This document shows positions 41,688 through 55,900 of a DNA stretch of 64,000 nucleotides, piece by piece. Each line of letters starts with the position of its first letter. Within the stretch, counting starts at the first letter, position 1. Under the pieces are notes generated by a model. That model was not told where the DNA came from and made no database searches. It worked only from the letters and a program-made list of their open reading frames with translations. Position numbers and translations under genes: made by a program. The stretch lies in the NCBI RefSeq assembly GCF_000150275.1, contig NW_002060949.1, positions 989,836-1,053,835 on the forward strand, read 5' to 3'. Origin of the DNA: Trichoplax adhaerens (taxonomy: Eukaryota; Animalia; Placozoa).

Positions 41688-44600
41688 TAGTTATTGCCGT
41701 CTCTGCAGTGAAAATTTTATTCTCCATCGGTAGATCTTAATCGCCATCAAGATATCCGATTACCCATATTTAATCACGTTAGTATATAAATGGTTAATAG
41801 GATTGCTATTTGAAGGAAATCTCTAAATGACTCCATATTTTCCAAGATAACTCTACGAGTTAATAATAATTTGCAAAACATTATGCTATGATAAATCAAC
41901 ACGCAACAAATTCTGCTGACAAAAGTAAATTTGTTTTCCTGGTTATATTTTAAACCTTCAATTATAACATAAGAAAAGAACACTAATAACAACTGCAATA
42001 GTGATATGTAACCGGTACATAATCAAGGCATTATTTTACTTCACTAGAAGATATGGAGAGAAGCTATAATAAATGTTGTATTCCGTACTAATTTTAACCG
42101 TCGGTATCTTGGTATGATATGATATTGTTGTTTTTTCATCATCCATCAATTTCAAGCTATGACGTCAAGAGCAAATATTGTAACCCGGTTAATCATGCCA
42201 ATTCATGTTTAACGTTATATTCATTATTTTTTAAAAATAATTTCTTTTATTTGTTTCTAATTAAGGTTAAAAAGTCTTTCAATATCTTCAGTATGTTTTC
42301 TCATGATTGCCAAGTATCTACAATTCATGTTATCTTTTAAAAAGAAATCATGTTTGTTTCCTTCTGTCATGGAATAGATTGGAAGATGTTGATAAATAAG
42401 TTAGTTAATCAATCTTCAATTAACGGTGTTAATTAATTAATTAATTACGGTAATTAATTAATTCATTCTATTATTATCAAGCTGAATGCTGGCATGCCAT
42501 GAAAGTTGTTGAATTTGTTTCAATTATTTTTCCGCCTGCATACTGCTTAACACCTAGTTAGCAACATTCTAGATTATAAGTTGCATAACTGTTTCTGAAT
42601 TTTGGATTCATTTCAGTTCTATGTATTCTAATTATTCTTAATAATTAATATTAAAAGGTATTCTTAAGTTTCAGCATGATCGATAATGATTAATATCTTT
42701 GACGTGAAAATGATAGAATTGCTATTTGGCAATTTTTCATCAATACAATGCAATTTAAAAGCTATTACCTTATTTAAATAACATTTGAATCAATTCTGCC
42801 ATGCTACATGTTAAGAAATTATAAATTTGAAGATTCGCCATCTTATCATGTTATCATGTCCTAATATTTGCTCATCCATAGATCTTGCATGAATGAAAGC
42901 ATTGTTATTCGCCATTTTCTACAAGTGAAAACTATTCTTGAAATTGATTTAACTTTCTGCCTTCATTTCTATTTGATTCCACTGATAATAATTATAATCT
43001 AATTGCAATATTATAACCGGTATTAATAATCTATTATAGCAATGATTGCTGTTATTCCTTTCATAGAGGAAGATTGTAAACAATAAGATGATAAGTTTGA
43101 ATTATTTCTTTCTCGCCAGGCGTACATTTATATCATACAGGGTAATGCTGGTTTTACCTTTAGGTGATTACTAATCATAACCATTTACTAACTTTATTCG
43201 CTATACTACACTCGTATTTAGAACTGCTACCGTAAAGCTTTTTTGTTTTATTCTTGTCTACTTATAGTGATATTTAAAGAGTTATTACATTTATCTCATA
43301 CTATCGCTATTGTATCAATTTTATTCAGTGGTCTTTATTTGATCAAAACACTTGAGTATTGACATGGCTCGCCATTATGATGGCCGCAACAGAATGTATT
43401 CCTTCTTTAGCATGTACTCATTCACTTTTATTTGATATCATGCCTATGTAAGTTTAGCATTACTTCCGATAAGTGAAAAGTTTACTATTGTAAGCAATTC
43501 AAGAAACTTGTAATATGTCCGTGTTGATTATTATGGTTTGAATAGTATTCTAAGCTATAAGCTGTTTAATATCATAGCTGTGCTAATTTATCAATAATTA
43601 CATGGCCTTGATTTACTATTATCACTATAACCGCTACATAAATGTACTTTATTAATTTTTTTACCTCTCTCATTACCATTCCTGTGCCTTTTCTGATTTC
43701 ATTACATCCTATAATTGGATTCATCTGATCTGATACTGATCACTATTATGATAATATCAAATTATTTGATAACATTTTTAATTGATAATTGTATTTACAT
43801 GATGATATCGAATCGGTTAATGCCAATAATAGTTCCAATAAAGGTTTCCCATCTAATGGAAGATTGTATTAAAAAACCTTTGTCTTACAGTAATATGTGT
43901 ATAATCCTTTCAAAGCAATTCGGGTAGCAATTCTTACGGTTGATACGTTATCATCGTCTCAAAATCAAGTTAAATAAATTATATTATGGTAGTAACTGAT
44001 TTAAATTAAAAATTCATTTATTATATTAATGTTTAAAATTTATATTTTAAAAAGCATCAATTAGAAACTACCGCTAATGCTACTTATTTTCCTTTTCAGA
44101 AATCTTAGTAGTGGATAAAATTGCAGATAGTCATGATAATCAGGGACTATCAAATATTATACGTTGTTTGATAACTTCAACCGAAAAACGCCTTATTTAT
44201 ATGCATGACTACATTCATAATGCGTTTAGTACTTGGGTATAATGACTAAACAGTTAATTTAGCACCCAAATTTTTTAGCAATTTACACGCCTACATATGA
44301 AAGAATATATCATTTACAATAAAATATGGATAAATGGATGCTATGGATAAGTTTTTCGTTTGGTTAAACTTCGCATAAAATCTTGAATACGATGTAGATC
44401 TACTGTTCACGGTGTAAATAACTATGACATGAAAAGTGCACGGTTTCCAATTACATCCCAAAATTAATTAAATTATTAACAATAGAGTGTTAACTCCCAA
44501 CTTAATTACAGAAGGTATGACATCACTGCGATAATTAGCAAATGATGCGCGATATGTTCGAATAATAGCTATAAATCTTGTATAAGAATCATTTATACAG

Positions 44601-44872
44601 CAATATACCGGATTACATAGAGAGTAATTTGGTAAGGCAAAAATATAAATGTGCGAACTATACACCAATCTATGCAAAATACTGCTGATTGATATGGTTA
44701 CTAACGCTTTTCACATAATTTACATGGGTGATGCTATAAAATATCGAAATTAATTGCATTACAATTAAATACCAAAAAAGTTACTCTGAACATTTATGCT
44801 CGATTAATAATTATTATAATATACAGTAAAGATATGACTACAGCAAGTATTGTTGCGCTGTCTATCCAATTA

Positions 44873-47800
44873 CTAATCATCCCAGGTCCTCATATCTGTA
44901 TCAATTGACGTACAATTATATGCTGCATAGAGCAGCTTTTCCTCGGCTACCTTGGGACTGTAAAGTGACATAGTGTTAGATAATTTTTCACTAGTATTTC
45001 AAGAAGTAGGAGTTACATTTCAATGATTATGAGACTTTTGCACTAGTAATGAAAGAAAATCTAAGTAAAATATACCTAGTATATTCCGGGAGAAAAAGAG
45101 TACTAGAACAAGTTGCTGATTCAGGCAAAGAGTCTTCAGCGGCTCCACTAGATATGATTGTAAGGTATAAACATTAGGTAGGCTAAAGTTTAACAGTAAA
45201 AGCTGTATAGCTTCAAAAGTTAGATTTTACCTTCTACTCGGGCAAATAAAAAGAGGAGCAGGCAAACGCCTCCTACCAGTGACAAATCTTAACAATCTGC
45301 TTCTATCTTCTACAATCATAACGATATATTGGCTTGTATAATTGTAGATGTCTATAAATTCAAGTTAACTAGAGTAAGTTTTATAAAACTCGTACCATTC
45401 GAAAAATTCTCTAGTGCCTTCCAGAAATACTTCACTCTCGAATCATCGACTTCAATGTCTTCATAGCGAGCTAAACATTAAGTCATTTAAACCTCAATTA
45501 TAAGCATTAATACAAAATTTTTTTGCTCCAGTTATTAACTTAGGATATTTGCAAATAACCGATATTCTTCAACTCTTGAACAGTTATTTCTGGATTTCCA
45601 CAAATTCTTTTTTCCAGTTCTTGCCAAGTAAGTATATGTAATACTGCTTTTGGTATCACCCTCAATAACCCTTTTTTTATACTTCGAATCTGTGACATGC
45701 AATAGGTGCAAGTTAGATAAGTATCTCAATGTATAGCTTTTTACTCGATGATATTGTACTTAGGATGTTGATCTACACCTGGTCATCAACTTCATGAAGT
45801 CTAGCTTCGCGAACAAGCTGAACGTAATGCAGTCTGTCTTCATATAGCACTGAAGTCTCTGATCCATTAGATTTTAAATCAACTGTTGATCCATCACTAA
45901 GGTTCTTCGATAAATGCAAGAAATAAAAATTGTAAAAATATGAAATATGAAAACTTAAAAATACAAATATAGAAGTACATACTGTAGAATACGTTAAGGC
46001 ATCAGCGTAATCATTGTTAAACCTTTCTTCACTCATTGATTCCAAAGCAACCAAGAGTCTGACTATAGCTTCGTCAACTGTAGAATAATCTTCCCAGGTA
46101 ACAACTTCTCCGGTTAATTTTTTCCATATAAATGATGGCAGTGATAATACTAAACACTCACGACTACGAAAACACGCGCCCATAAGTTGTCCAATCCATT
46201 CATATTTGGTAAATTCTTTGCAGGCAGGGTTAGGAATGTAGCCATCACGATGAATATTAGCTGCATCGTGCGCCTTAGCGTACGTATAACGATTACGAAA
46301 TGAATTAGTACGAATCTTGATCTAGGCTTCATGAGACTTTTGATTACCTGATTACAGCTACGGATGAAAAATGGTAAAGGTATTTGAACATCTTCAGCAC
46401 TTGGACATAATTCTTCGGCGATATCAGCAAGAGAATCACGAAAGCCTCCACCTTTAAATAAATTATAAGATTTAGAGCTACAATCGCGTACAATTTAGTT
46501 GCATAATTAAGATAGATGTACTGCTAGTTTGGAAAATATTAAATGAAAGACGTCAAAAGTTTTCCTGACCTTGATCGATGATACCTTCAGATACAAATTT
46601 ACATTCCCACCATTGTTCGTATTGTATAGACCATCTGACAGGTATTAATAGTACTTATTAATTAATTCATGATATAAGAGATCTAATTTATGACTTGCAC
46701 ATTAATCAATATGCTAACCGATAATCTAATCGAAATCTACAATTTTCTGGCCTTAGTTCGTTATATAGCTGAAATTGAAAATAGTTAGTAAATAAATAAG
46801 AGAGTACGTACAGGATAGAGTGCAAATAAGAAACCTGGTTAAAAAGAGCATTTTCCGCGGTAGGATCGCGGGATGTATCACTTTTGTGCTCGGAAGCTAA
46901 TCGTCGGTCGAGATAAACTTTGGGAATTGGTTCAGGAACGCATCTACAACGGAAAAATTACTATTACTATAGTACATCTTCAGCATGCTAATTAGGTCAA
47001 GGAAAGCAGGAAAGTGTGCTGTATAATCAAATGATAGTTACTTAGTTTGGGAATCTCTGAGTAATCTTTCAATTAAAGCTAGCCTCCGTTTCGATAGCTG
47101 TAATATTTGTCTAACAGCCTATTTACAAGGAAACATCATGAGAATTTACAAACTAATTTGAAATACATTTACAGTATCGCAAATATGACTATACCTTAAA
47201 GTTACAAATATTCGTACACTCTTCTGACCAATCTGGAATTACCAGATTAATCACACTGTCAAATAGCTCGTTAAATCTATATAACAAACAAATTCAGCGA
47301 ATAAATGTCATTTTATTATCCACATGTTTGCATGGCTTTATCCTAAACTATAAATGCTCTTGGCTATGTTTACGAAATTAACTGTAAAATTTTAATACCT
47401 TAAAATTGCCATTGAGCGATAATATAATGCTTCTGGATTAAAATTTGCCAAAAGTGGAAATCTGTAGATAATCCAAGATCAATTTCAATATTATACAGCT
47501 TTAGTCGATAGAAAGTTTCTCTAACATACCTCTCTATCTTTTTGTTTTTGAGTAAGTCAATCGTTAAACTACTGGATATATCGGAAGAAGTTATGATCTT
47601 AATACCATGAATTCTGGTATCAATCCCTTCATCTAGATCGAATGAAAAGTATTAGCATATAATGTCAATATAATCATGTACTGCACAATTTCTAAATATA
47701 CCTTTGCATTCTTTAATTCGTATTTCTATTTCTGGTAAGTATTCGGCCATATCTTGCAAAATTGTAACATCTGACATTTTGGTGCTATGTAATATAGTAA

Positions 47801-50800
47801 GTAAAACCACATTAATCTGTATCAAAATATCGAGTAAACTGAAAAATATATTAAAATACCAGTCCATTAGGACTTCGGCCATTTTTCTCATATCATCATG
47901 ATCGCCACCTTTCACTTCGATTAAATGCGGCATATAATTATCATCGTTGGGATCGACGGTTACAAGTAGGCATCTGTAAAACATAACAGGTAGACGGTTA
48001 ATAGTTAAAAAGTGAGATAAATTACTTCTAAAAGAACGGGTGACACTTTGCATTTAAGTAAATGCTTTACATAGATACAGCTGATCGCGTATAACGTACT
48101 TAATTATAACTCCTTTCTTTATTCTTAATCTAATCCAATGGCATCCCTGTGAGCCGTCAGATTCCCAATAAGAAGATTGATTACCATCTGTCAACGCATC
48201 CTTGTCTTCTTCCATCTTACATAAAGCAATTGTTTATGATTTATTATCAATCCAAGCAACACTTACAAAATATTCGGCCTTTTACAATGCATCATATTTT
48301 TGATCGGAAAGGTCAAAGTTCTAAATTTACCGAAGAAACAGCAATACTTTCAACATAGTCTTTTAGATTTCCATATGCAGTGTTCCCATTATCCATATTT
48401 TCTGATAAATAAGTAGCTAATAATTTATTGTGTTCTAATTTCCAATTTTTAGGTGGAATACTAAGTTTGTGTTCTAATTCCACATCACTTGGTGGTAAGG
48501 TGAAAGGATATAATAACTGTAACGAATATGCATTTTCAACGGCAATTTCCCACCTGTTACAATATCAGAATAACCAAAGTACTTTTAAATTAAGAGTTCA
48601 TATATCTACCATAAAGCAGCATTTAAGTAACATTTAAAATATGATTTAGAGAAGAGAAGCGCAATATGTATACTTATATACTAAAGTCTCTTAATAAATC
48701 TATACAGCTTTGTTAAGAACATGGTATCTTATAGAAACACTTGAGGTTAAAATCTTAATCTGTAAACATATAAAGATAGCAACAGTTATCACAACATTAG
48801 TTGATCCACTCTAGACGATGTAATCACAAGTGCTTTAAATGCAAAAATAAGCAATGTCTGTTTTCGAAGTTTTCATATAGTCTTCATGAGTGATTTTTAC
48901 GAAATATTGATCGTAAATACAGCATTTATACATAGACGTTCAGAAGAATGTTTACTACATCAACACTGTTAAAGCTGAAAATTTAGATTTATATTACAAA
49001 ATACGTACATATTATTGTATTGGATTTAAAAATATTTGTATAGTTGATCCCTGTTTGGCTGTAAATATCTGACTAGACTAAAACAATATGGCTTTTGCCA
49101 TTTGTATTGAAGTCTCAGCTAATCATATATAGCTGAAAGTATACGGTATTGGGAAGATTGATGCAATTGCAATTAACTTTCTTAAGTTTGTAATGACAGT
49201 AGCCCAACTACCACAATACGAATACTCATTATTACGCAAGGGATGCTGAATAAGAATAATTAAAGCGATATAGCTAGTTATCTTGCAAATTGATAGACAC
49301 TGGCGTAGTTACTAGCTTTAGGAACTGATCATATTCGAATTTAATTGTCTAATAATGTGTAATAATAAAAAGTAGATAGATGGCAATTTAGAATGTCTTG
49401 AAAAAAACAGCATAATATTAATAGTAGTGAACTACATGTTATAACGCGGGTAATACTATACATACGATATTTAAGATATACGAAATATTTATTCACGGAA
49501 TTCAAGTCTGATGATCCTAGTCTTTTACTAGAATAATTAATTACTAAGAACTAGCCTACTGTATATTACCTTTCATGACATGAAAAGGAAAAATGATCTA
49601 AATTGAACTATTTAGTCGAATTTCACAATATCTAAGCACACAAAATTCAGTACAGTACATGTGCTAGTGCACCATTGGATATGTGTGATTACTTTAATAG
49701 CTGCGTGGATCTTAAGATGGTTTATTTAACACGATATGCAATGTTAAACTGGGAATTGAGACGTAAAATCAAATGATACACTGTACTGTACTGCATGAAT
49801 GTCCAGTACTATCAGGGTATGGATTAATCCATGACTAGAGACTTTTAATATCTTATGTTCCATACCGAATGGAATATATTTTTAGATTTGCTATTGGCTT
49901 ACCCGTTTCGTTCGAGTCTACAAGCTTCAGTACTATCAGGTAGTGCCGAATAATCAAGCTGCAACGGAAAACCATTTCCTTTAGGTCTGCTATTGCTGTC
50001 AGCATGAAAATTATTACTTGATGAAACAAGGATCCAACCCTCGTGTTCCTTTCCAAAGTACTGATGATCTTGTCCTGCCTATCAATTATTTTGATCAATC
50101 ATGTCAAGTATTCATTTCTCACTGCAGTTATTATAAGATTGCATGACGCTCGTGACCATTTCTAAGCCATCACAACACTAGCATTATTTGTTTATTGCGA
50201 TTTGTAGTATTAAGCACAAACAATTACTACCATCACATATAGTACAGTACAGTACAGTAATTAACTGTGCAAGAAATGATTGTCGATTTACAGTTGGTAT
50301 TGAGGTATTTGCGATTTATCAAAGAATTTTACACCAAATACTAAATCCATCTTGTAGTAATAATACAACTGATCCATCAACATTTTGGGTATTAGCTGAA
50401 ATGATTACTATGGTACTAGTTATTATTTCTTACTAAACGTATATTACTGTATACTGGTCTGGCAATAAAGGATGCGCATAGACAATTACATAGTACCGGT
50501 GTTGGCCGATTTGAGAATCAACTGATATCTATCAACATTAGAATCAAGATAGTATTGCATCCATTTAAGGTTGGCAACATGAACACTAGTGGCTATGCAG
50601 TAGTAGAGTTTGTATTATTTTAACTCACTGTATTATAGCATACAAGTAAGACAATTTTACAGTTCGGTTTGATGTTCAAAAGATGCATCAAACATTGATA
50701 TTGGCAAATATGGAATGGATTGTTGATTTCACGCAATCAATCATTTATATAAGCTAGAAAATAATATTCTGCTCATCGAGTCATGGTCCCCAAAATACAA

Positions 50801-51106
50801 GCTAACGGAACTCACTTGACTTATCTTACGCCATGTTCCTTCGTTGGTACACCATTCGTTACCATATAGATAAATTGGTTGTTTAAGATTACCAACGTTA
50901 AGTTTGATTAATAATTTTGAAGTTGCAGTTGCTTCCTCAAAGACCGATATACAGTCTCCCTTGTAATGCTTGATTTGATACGGCAATAATGTAGGCACAT
51001 AGCAGAACCCCTTAGGAAGAGGCCTCGCATTTTCAATGCTATCAATACAATCAACTAGACAGCGGATTTTGCCTAATTTTTTACGATAATGGTCATATCC
51101 AAACAT
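44873..51106 (-). CDS. HECTD3: HECT domain E3 ubiquitin ligase 3 (DOC/APC10 plus HECT domains), 21 exons by my assembly
   Basis: Exon 1 (51106-50816) LGKIRCL...[11 protein letters not shown]; exon 2 (50078-49903) EGWILV; DOC motif [23 protein letters not shown]; [32 protein letters not shown]; [12 protein letters not shown]; catalytic [14 protein letters not shown]; C-terminus [23 protein letters not shown]. All junctions are GT-AG and in frame. Confidence 0.96.
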
Positions 51107-51265
51107 AATTTAGCAATATTTCAATGTTCAATTAGTTATCTAAGGTAAGGCCCCAGCCTAAAATTGAAAATGCTAGTAACCTTTAGAAAGTTTGTCAACC
51201 ACCACAGGCCACCGGTCACTGGTCTAAAGCGTAATGAATCCAGTGCATAGCGAAAGCTGTCATCT

Positions 51266-52320
51266 CTGTACCACTGTCTAGTACAGTACAGGACATTGCG
51301 ACGGTACAATACTGTACAGTGTACAGTACACTTTATGAATTCACGTACGGTAGAGTACAGTACACAGTACCGTATCATAAGAAGATTGTTTACCTTTTAC
51401 CATCTACAGTCTACAGTACATTGTACAGTACAGTATCGTACTGTACTGTACAATATACTGTAGTACTGTACACTGTACAATTGTACTGTACTGTACACTC
51501 ACTGTACAGTACAGTACAGTACAGTACACTAGTGCAGTGTATAGTACTGTAAAATCTGTTCCAAAACCCCCAATTTTGATACAAAAATCCGTATTAGCCA
51601 AGCCAGTCCCGTCATATCCTGTTGTCCACCTGTACACTGTACAGTACGTACAGTACACGTGTACGGTACAATGTACTGTACATTACACGATGCACGATAC
51701 AATGTACTGTGTGGTACAAGTGTACTGTACAGTACTGTACATTGTACTGTCGATAAAATAAAAAAATTCAAAATATGTTTGCGTATTATACTGTACAGTA
51801 CAATCAGTACAGTAGTAAATCCACTACAGTAATTGAAGTACAGTACAGTTATTTCCATATTAGATCCATTATTCACATCAACTAGCACGTTACAGATACA
51901 TTCACGGTTCACCAAGTCTTCATCGACGGATCCATATGACATTGGACGTAACTTTGTGCCCCTAAAATTCATCTACAAATCAGCCGAAATACAGTACTGT
52001 ACTGTATAGTAAGTATACAGTGTATACTGTACTCAGTGTACAGTACAACACTGTATCAACACTTTGCAAATAGACTCAGTCTATCACAGTCCACGTGTAC
52101 AGTACTGTACAGTACTGTAGACTCTCTTTCTGCCGCCCATCGATTCATAATGGTTGACTTCATTACAGTACTGGTTCTATACTGTACAGTACACCGTATA
52201 TATACCGTACAGTATACATAGTATACAGTACAGTATATAGTAGGTCAATTACCCTTAAAGAATGGACACGGTATCGTACTAGTACAGAGTACGTTCGCAA
52301 AAGAGTGACGTACTGCAGTA
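51266..52320. repeat. Largest TACTG/CAGTA array, interrupted by unique islands, in the HECTD3/MFSD14 divergent promoter
   Basis: Runs such as actgtacagtacagtacagtacagtacac (51501-51529) and gtacagtactgtacagtactgtag (52097-52120). Confidence 0.9.
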
Positions 52321-52929
52321 GGAGGTTGACATTGACAGTCACTTTTGACGCAGGCGATAACGAAAGACATTCTATCGTGTGTGATGGTGGCAGTAAATCT
52401 TCATTGATTTCAATTGGATTGGAAGTTCTCTCAAGCATTATTTTACCCGTCTGCAAACATTAGCCATTGCCATTTCGCTGGTGGTTCAACTTTATGACGA
52501 TTGGCATTACCATTAAGGGAGATTTGTCGTTGCTATTACAGCTATCCGATCTGCTCATTACCCGCATTAGCCCCAAGAGTAGGAAAACTTTCTACAATCG
52601 ATTGGCAGAAGACTACGCTTATTGAATAAATCGATCTATATAGCACAACGAAAATGACAATCTGAAAATGGTTCTAATTCATTATTGACCGGCCAAAACG
52701 CCAACATAGTCATCAGGAGAAAGGAATTGTTAACATTAGTCTTTTATGCATACGTGCAATACAATACAAATACAATTTGAATTCGTCTTACAAAAATCCT
52801 TTCCACGCGTATTGTGGTGCAACATTTTGCATTACCTCTACAATCAACGTCGGCTACTTAATTGAATAATACTGTACTACCTGCATACTTTCATGTTGCA
52901 GCCATTCTATTGGATTCCTCGATCAAATC

Positions 52930-55900
52930 ATGGATAATTCGATCCTAGCGGTAAATTGAAAGTAGTTCTAGCCAAATAATCTTGTATTGCCTTTTACGCC
53001 ATAATACACTGGCTATGCTCTACTGTGTTGAACATCTTGCTGTATTGCAATCAATCAAATGACTGTAATGACTCATGTACAGGACTGGAAAGTAGAGTAG
53101 AGTAGAGTACATTACAGTTGGTTTCGTTGTTAATGAAAGTTATTAAACACAGCCAATGATTGTTCATGGACAATTTACAAAGTTGTCAATAATAAATGAA
53201 TCAAGTTCGTCGCTCAACAGCATAAATTATTCCAATAAGTTGATCGAGTTAGGGTTAAATGATCAACATTAACTTTATCTGATATACAGCATAACTACAG
53301 ATCAGTATAATTACAACTTGCCAATGGACTCAACTGGTGATGATAATTCCATAATATTGAAGTATAAATATTATGGAATTATGCTGATTAATTAAACAGC
53401 AACGTTAATCGAATCGTCACTACATCATGAATAACAAATTAACCGGCTGTTGAATACTCTATTTTAATTAACTCAACTGCATGTGAAAGCTATAAACAAC
53501 TGCTCACTAAATATCGTAATAGATTGGATAATCACTTCACTTTGTTGAACTTTCCCATTTGATATTGTAAACAAATTAAAAGATGCAAGTATGTTAATGT
53601 GAAACAGATGACATTACAGATGCGAGCACCATACTTAGTAAAAATGAATAATGTTATGTAGGCGTATATGGCAGATGGATGTACTAATTGTATAATGTGG
53701 ACGATATCGACTACAATCATGTTAACGTAGAACGTTTACAACCATACGGCAATATTATTATGATCGATTATAATGATCAGTCCAATACCTAATATTACAA
53801 GAACTGATTGAGAATCGCGTCAATATTTTAAAAATTATTATGCTTTACTGGTTGGATTATGGAAGTAATCATTTATTTCTATTTTAATTCATTTTTTTTT
53901 TAGGGTATCGATAAACCAAGTGTCTATCATGCTGCCATTATAATATTTTTAGAATTTTTCTCCTGGGGGTTGCTGACATCGCCGTTAATTAAGGTATTTC
54001 TATATAAAAGTCTATGCAAAAGAAGTACAAAAATACAATTATCCCCGATAAATGTAACAAAGCGTCCGTTATAATTCAATCCTTACTCAATCACAGATAG
54101 CATTCAACTTACAGATCATTAGGCGATGAAATGTTACTCTATATGTGTGCATACTATCGTATTAAGATATGTGTATAGTTAGGGAGTATCCTTCTTTCGT
54201 CTTGCACTCGTACAACGTTGAATAACGTGTTTGTACTATACCATGTCAACTCCGTTGTTTGCGACTTTGCATAGAATTAATTTCAAATTGTAATGTTTCT
54301 GTATATGTTTTATTATATCCGTGACATTACCCTATTTTGCAAATAGTTATTAAATTAAATTAATACGTTTATTGCAATTTCTTTTCTTGCATCTCTAATT
54401 TTAGCTACTGGCTGAAACATTTCCTAAATATACATTTCTCATCAATGGAATTATTCAAGGCATCAAGGTATGAAGAAATATTGCAATCTAAGGATTAGCG
54501 TTACTTTTTTGAACGCCGGAACCAATGCCGTACAAAAAATAATCATGGTTTGCGGAGCCGCAATAGATTAGTTTTATAGTAATTGTTTGATCGTTTATTG
54601 TATTTCGCTTACTATAGCATTTTGATTTACTTTCATACCTAGTGTAAAGCGTCCATATCTTGCAGCTTAAATGTTACTATATTACTTTCCCCATACAATC
54701 TGAAACTGCAAATCCACCGTTGCTACTATGTGTTTATAAAATTTTAAAATTATCATAACGTTCTCAACATATAAAAGACTAGTTTATGGAACTCTGAGAA
54801 AGCAAAATTGTTTCTCACGCCTATAATGATAATCTTGATTGCATGAGATCATTATAATTGTTGACACGCTCTCAACTCCATTACAAAAAATGTAACCTAA
54901 AATTGAACGAAAGAAAATTTCTTTGACAACACTGTACTCGTTAATACTACCGTACAATATGAAAGTCTAAGTTGAATAACTTAATGTACGAATAAAAATT
55001 GCAAACGGTCGTCTTTTAGAAATTATTTTAAATAATTTTACAATATACATTTCTAATCTTAATAAATTGTTACTTCATTTTAGGGAATACTATCATTCTT
55101 TAGTTCTCCTCTAATTGGTAGTCTGTCGGATTCAGTAGGGAGGAAACCTTTTTTATTACTAACGGTTTTTTGTACGTGCATCCCAATACCTGTTATGTGG
55201 TTTGATGCGTTGTAAGTAATCATTACTACTAATCGAATTTATTCTCCTAATTTGGTAACTGGAGTACAAATCTTTACTAATCGAATCAGTATTATTTTCG
55301 ACATAAATCAAAAATTATAATTTTTTCTATTCCATTGGTATGCGAACGTAATAGTATATGCTTACAATGACCTTTAAATTATAGGTCTTACTTTGTGGTC
55401 TTTACACTCTCTGGTATGTTCTCTGTAACTTATTCTATTGTATTTGCCTATGTTGCTGATATATCTCCTACTGAAGAAAGGAGCTCTTCATATGGCTTGG
55501 TTAGTAACCTTTCATGATTAAATAATTGCTTTTTCTCAATTTTCTATGCTATATACTGTATAGCAACTTTGATGTTTAATCATATTAACTGGTAACAACA
55601 TTAATTTTAAACATGGAACTGAATAAACGATTATAGAAGCATTTATTGCACGTATTGATGTTTTAACAGGTAGTTAAAATTACTTAAATCAATGGTACTT
55701 TTGTAGGTTTCAGCAACTTTTGCTGCCAGTTTGATTATCAGCCCGGCACTTGGTACCTATATAAGTGATAAATACAGCGACGATGTGGTTGTCTTCATAG
55801 CAACTGCTATCTCTTTCCTAGATGTTTTATTTATATTAGTTATGGTACCGGAATCTCTATCATCGGAACTAACAACTGAAATATCATGGAAGAAGGCTGA

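Noticed and set aside
41774-44677. Short hydrophobic ORFs between the ligand gene and HECTD3
   Set aside because: Typical of random AT-rich sequence, with no motifs or coherent splice structure.
45535-45729. Apparent frameshift in a HECTD3 exon at a T7 run; the track ORF is in another frame
   Set aside because: Counting from the acceptor at 45689 gives [31 protein letters not shown] in frame, so the gene is intact.
51870-51972. Minus-strand peptide TKLRPMS...ICNVLV resembling the activin beta A C-terminus (TKLRPMS...IQNMIV)
   Set aside because: It lacks the preceding CC and the terminal CxC, and no other cystine-knot remnants are nearby. Treated as chance unless an HMM search says otherwise.
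51319-52221. Track ORFs rich in Y/S/T/V/C/L/Q (also 8336-8735 and 14419-14637)
   Set aside because: They are translations of the TACTG/CAGTA repeats, which seldom form stop codons; there is no protein signal.
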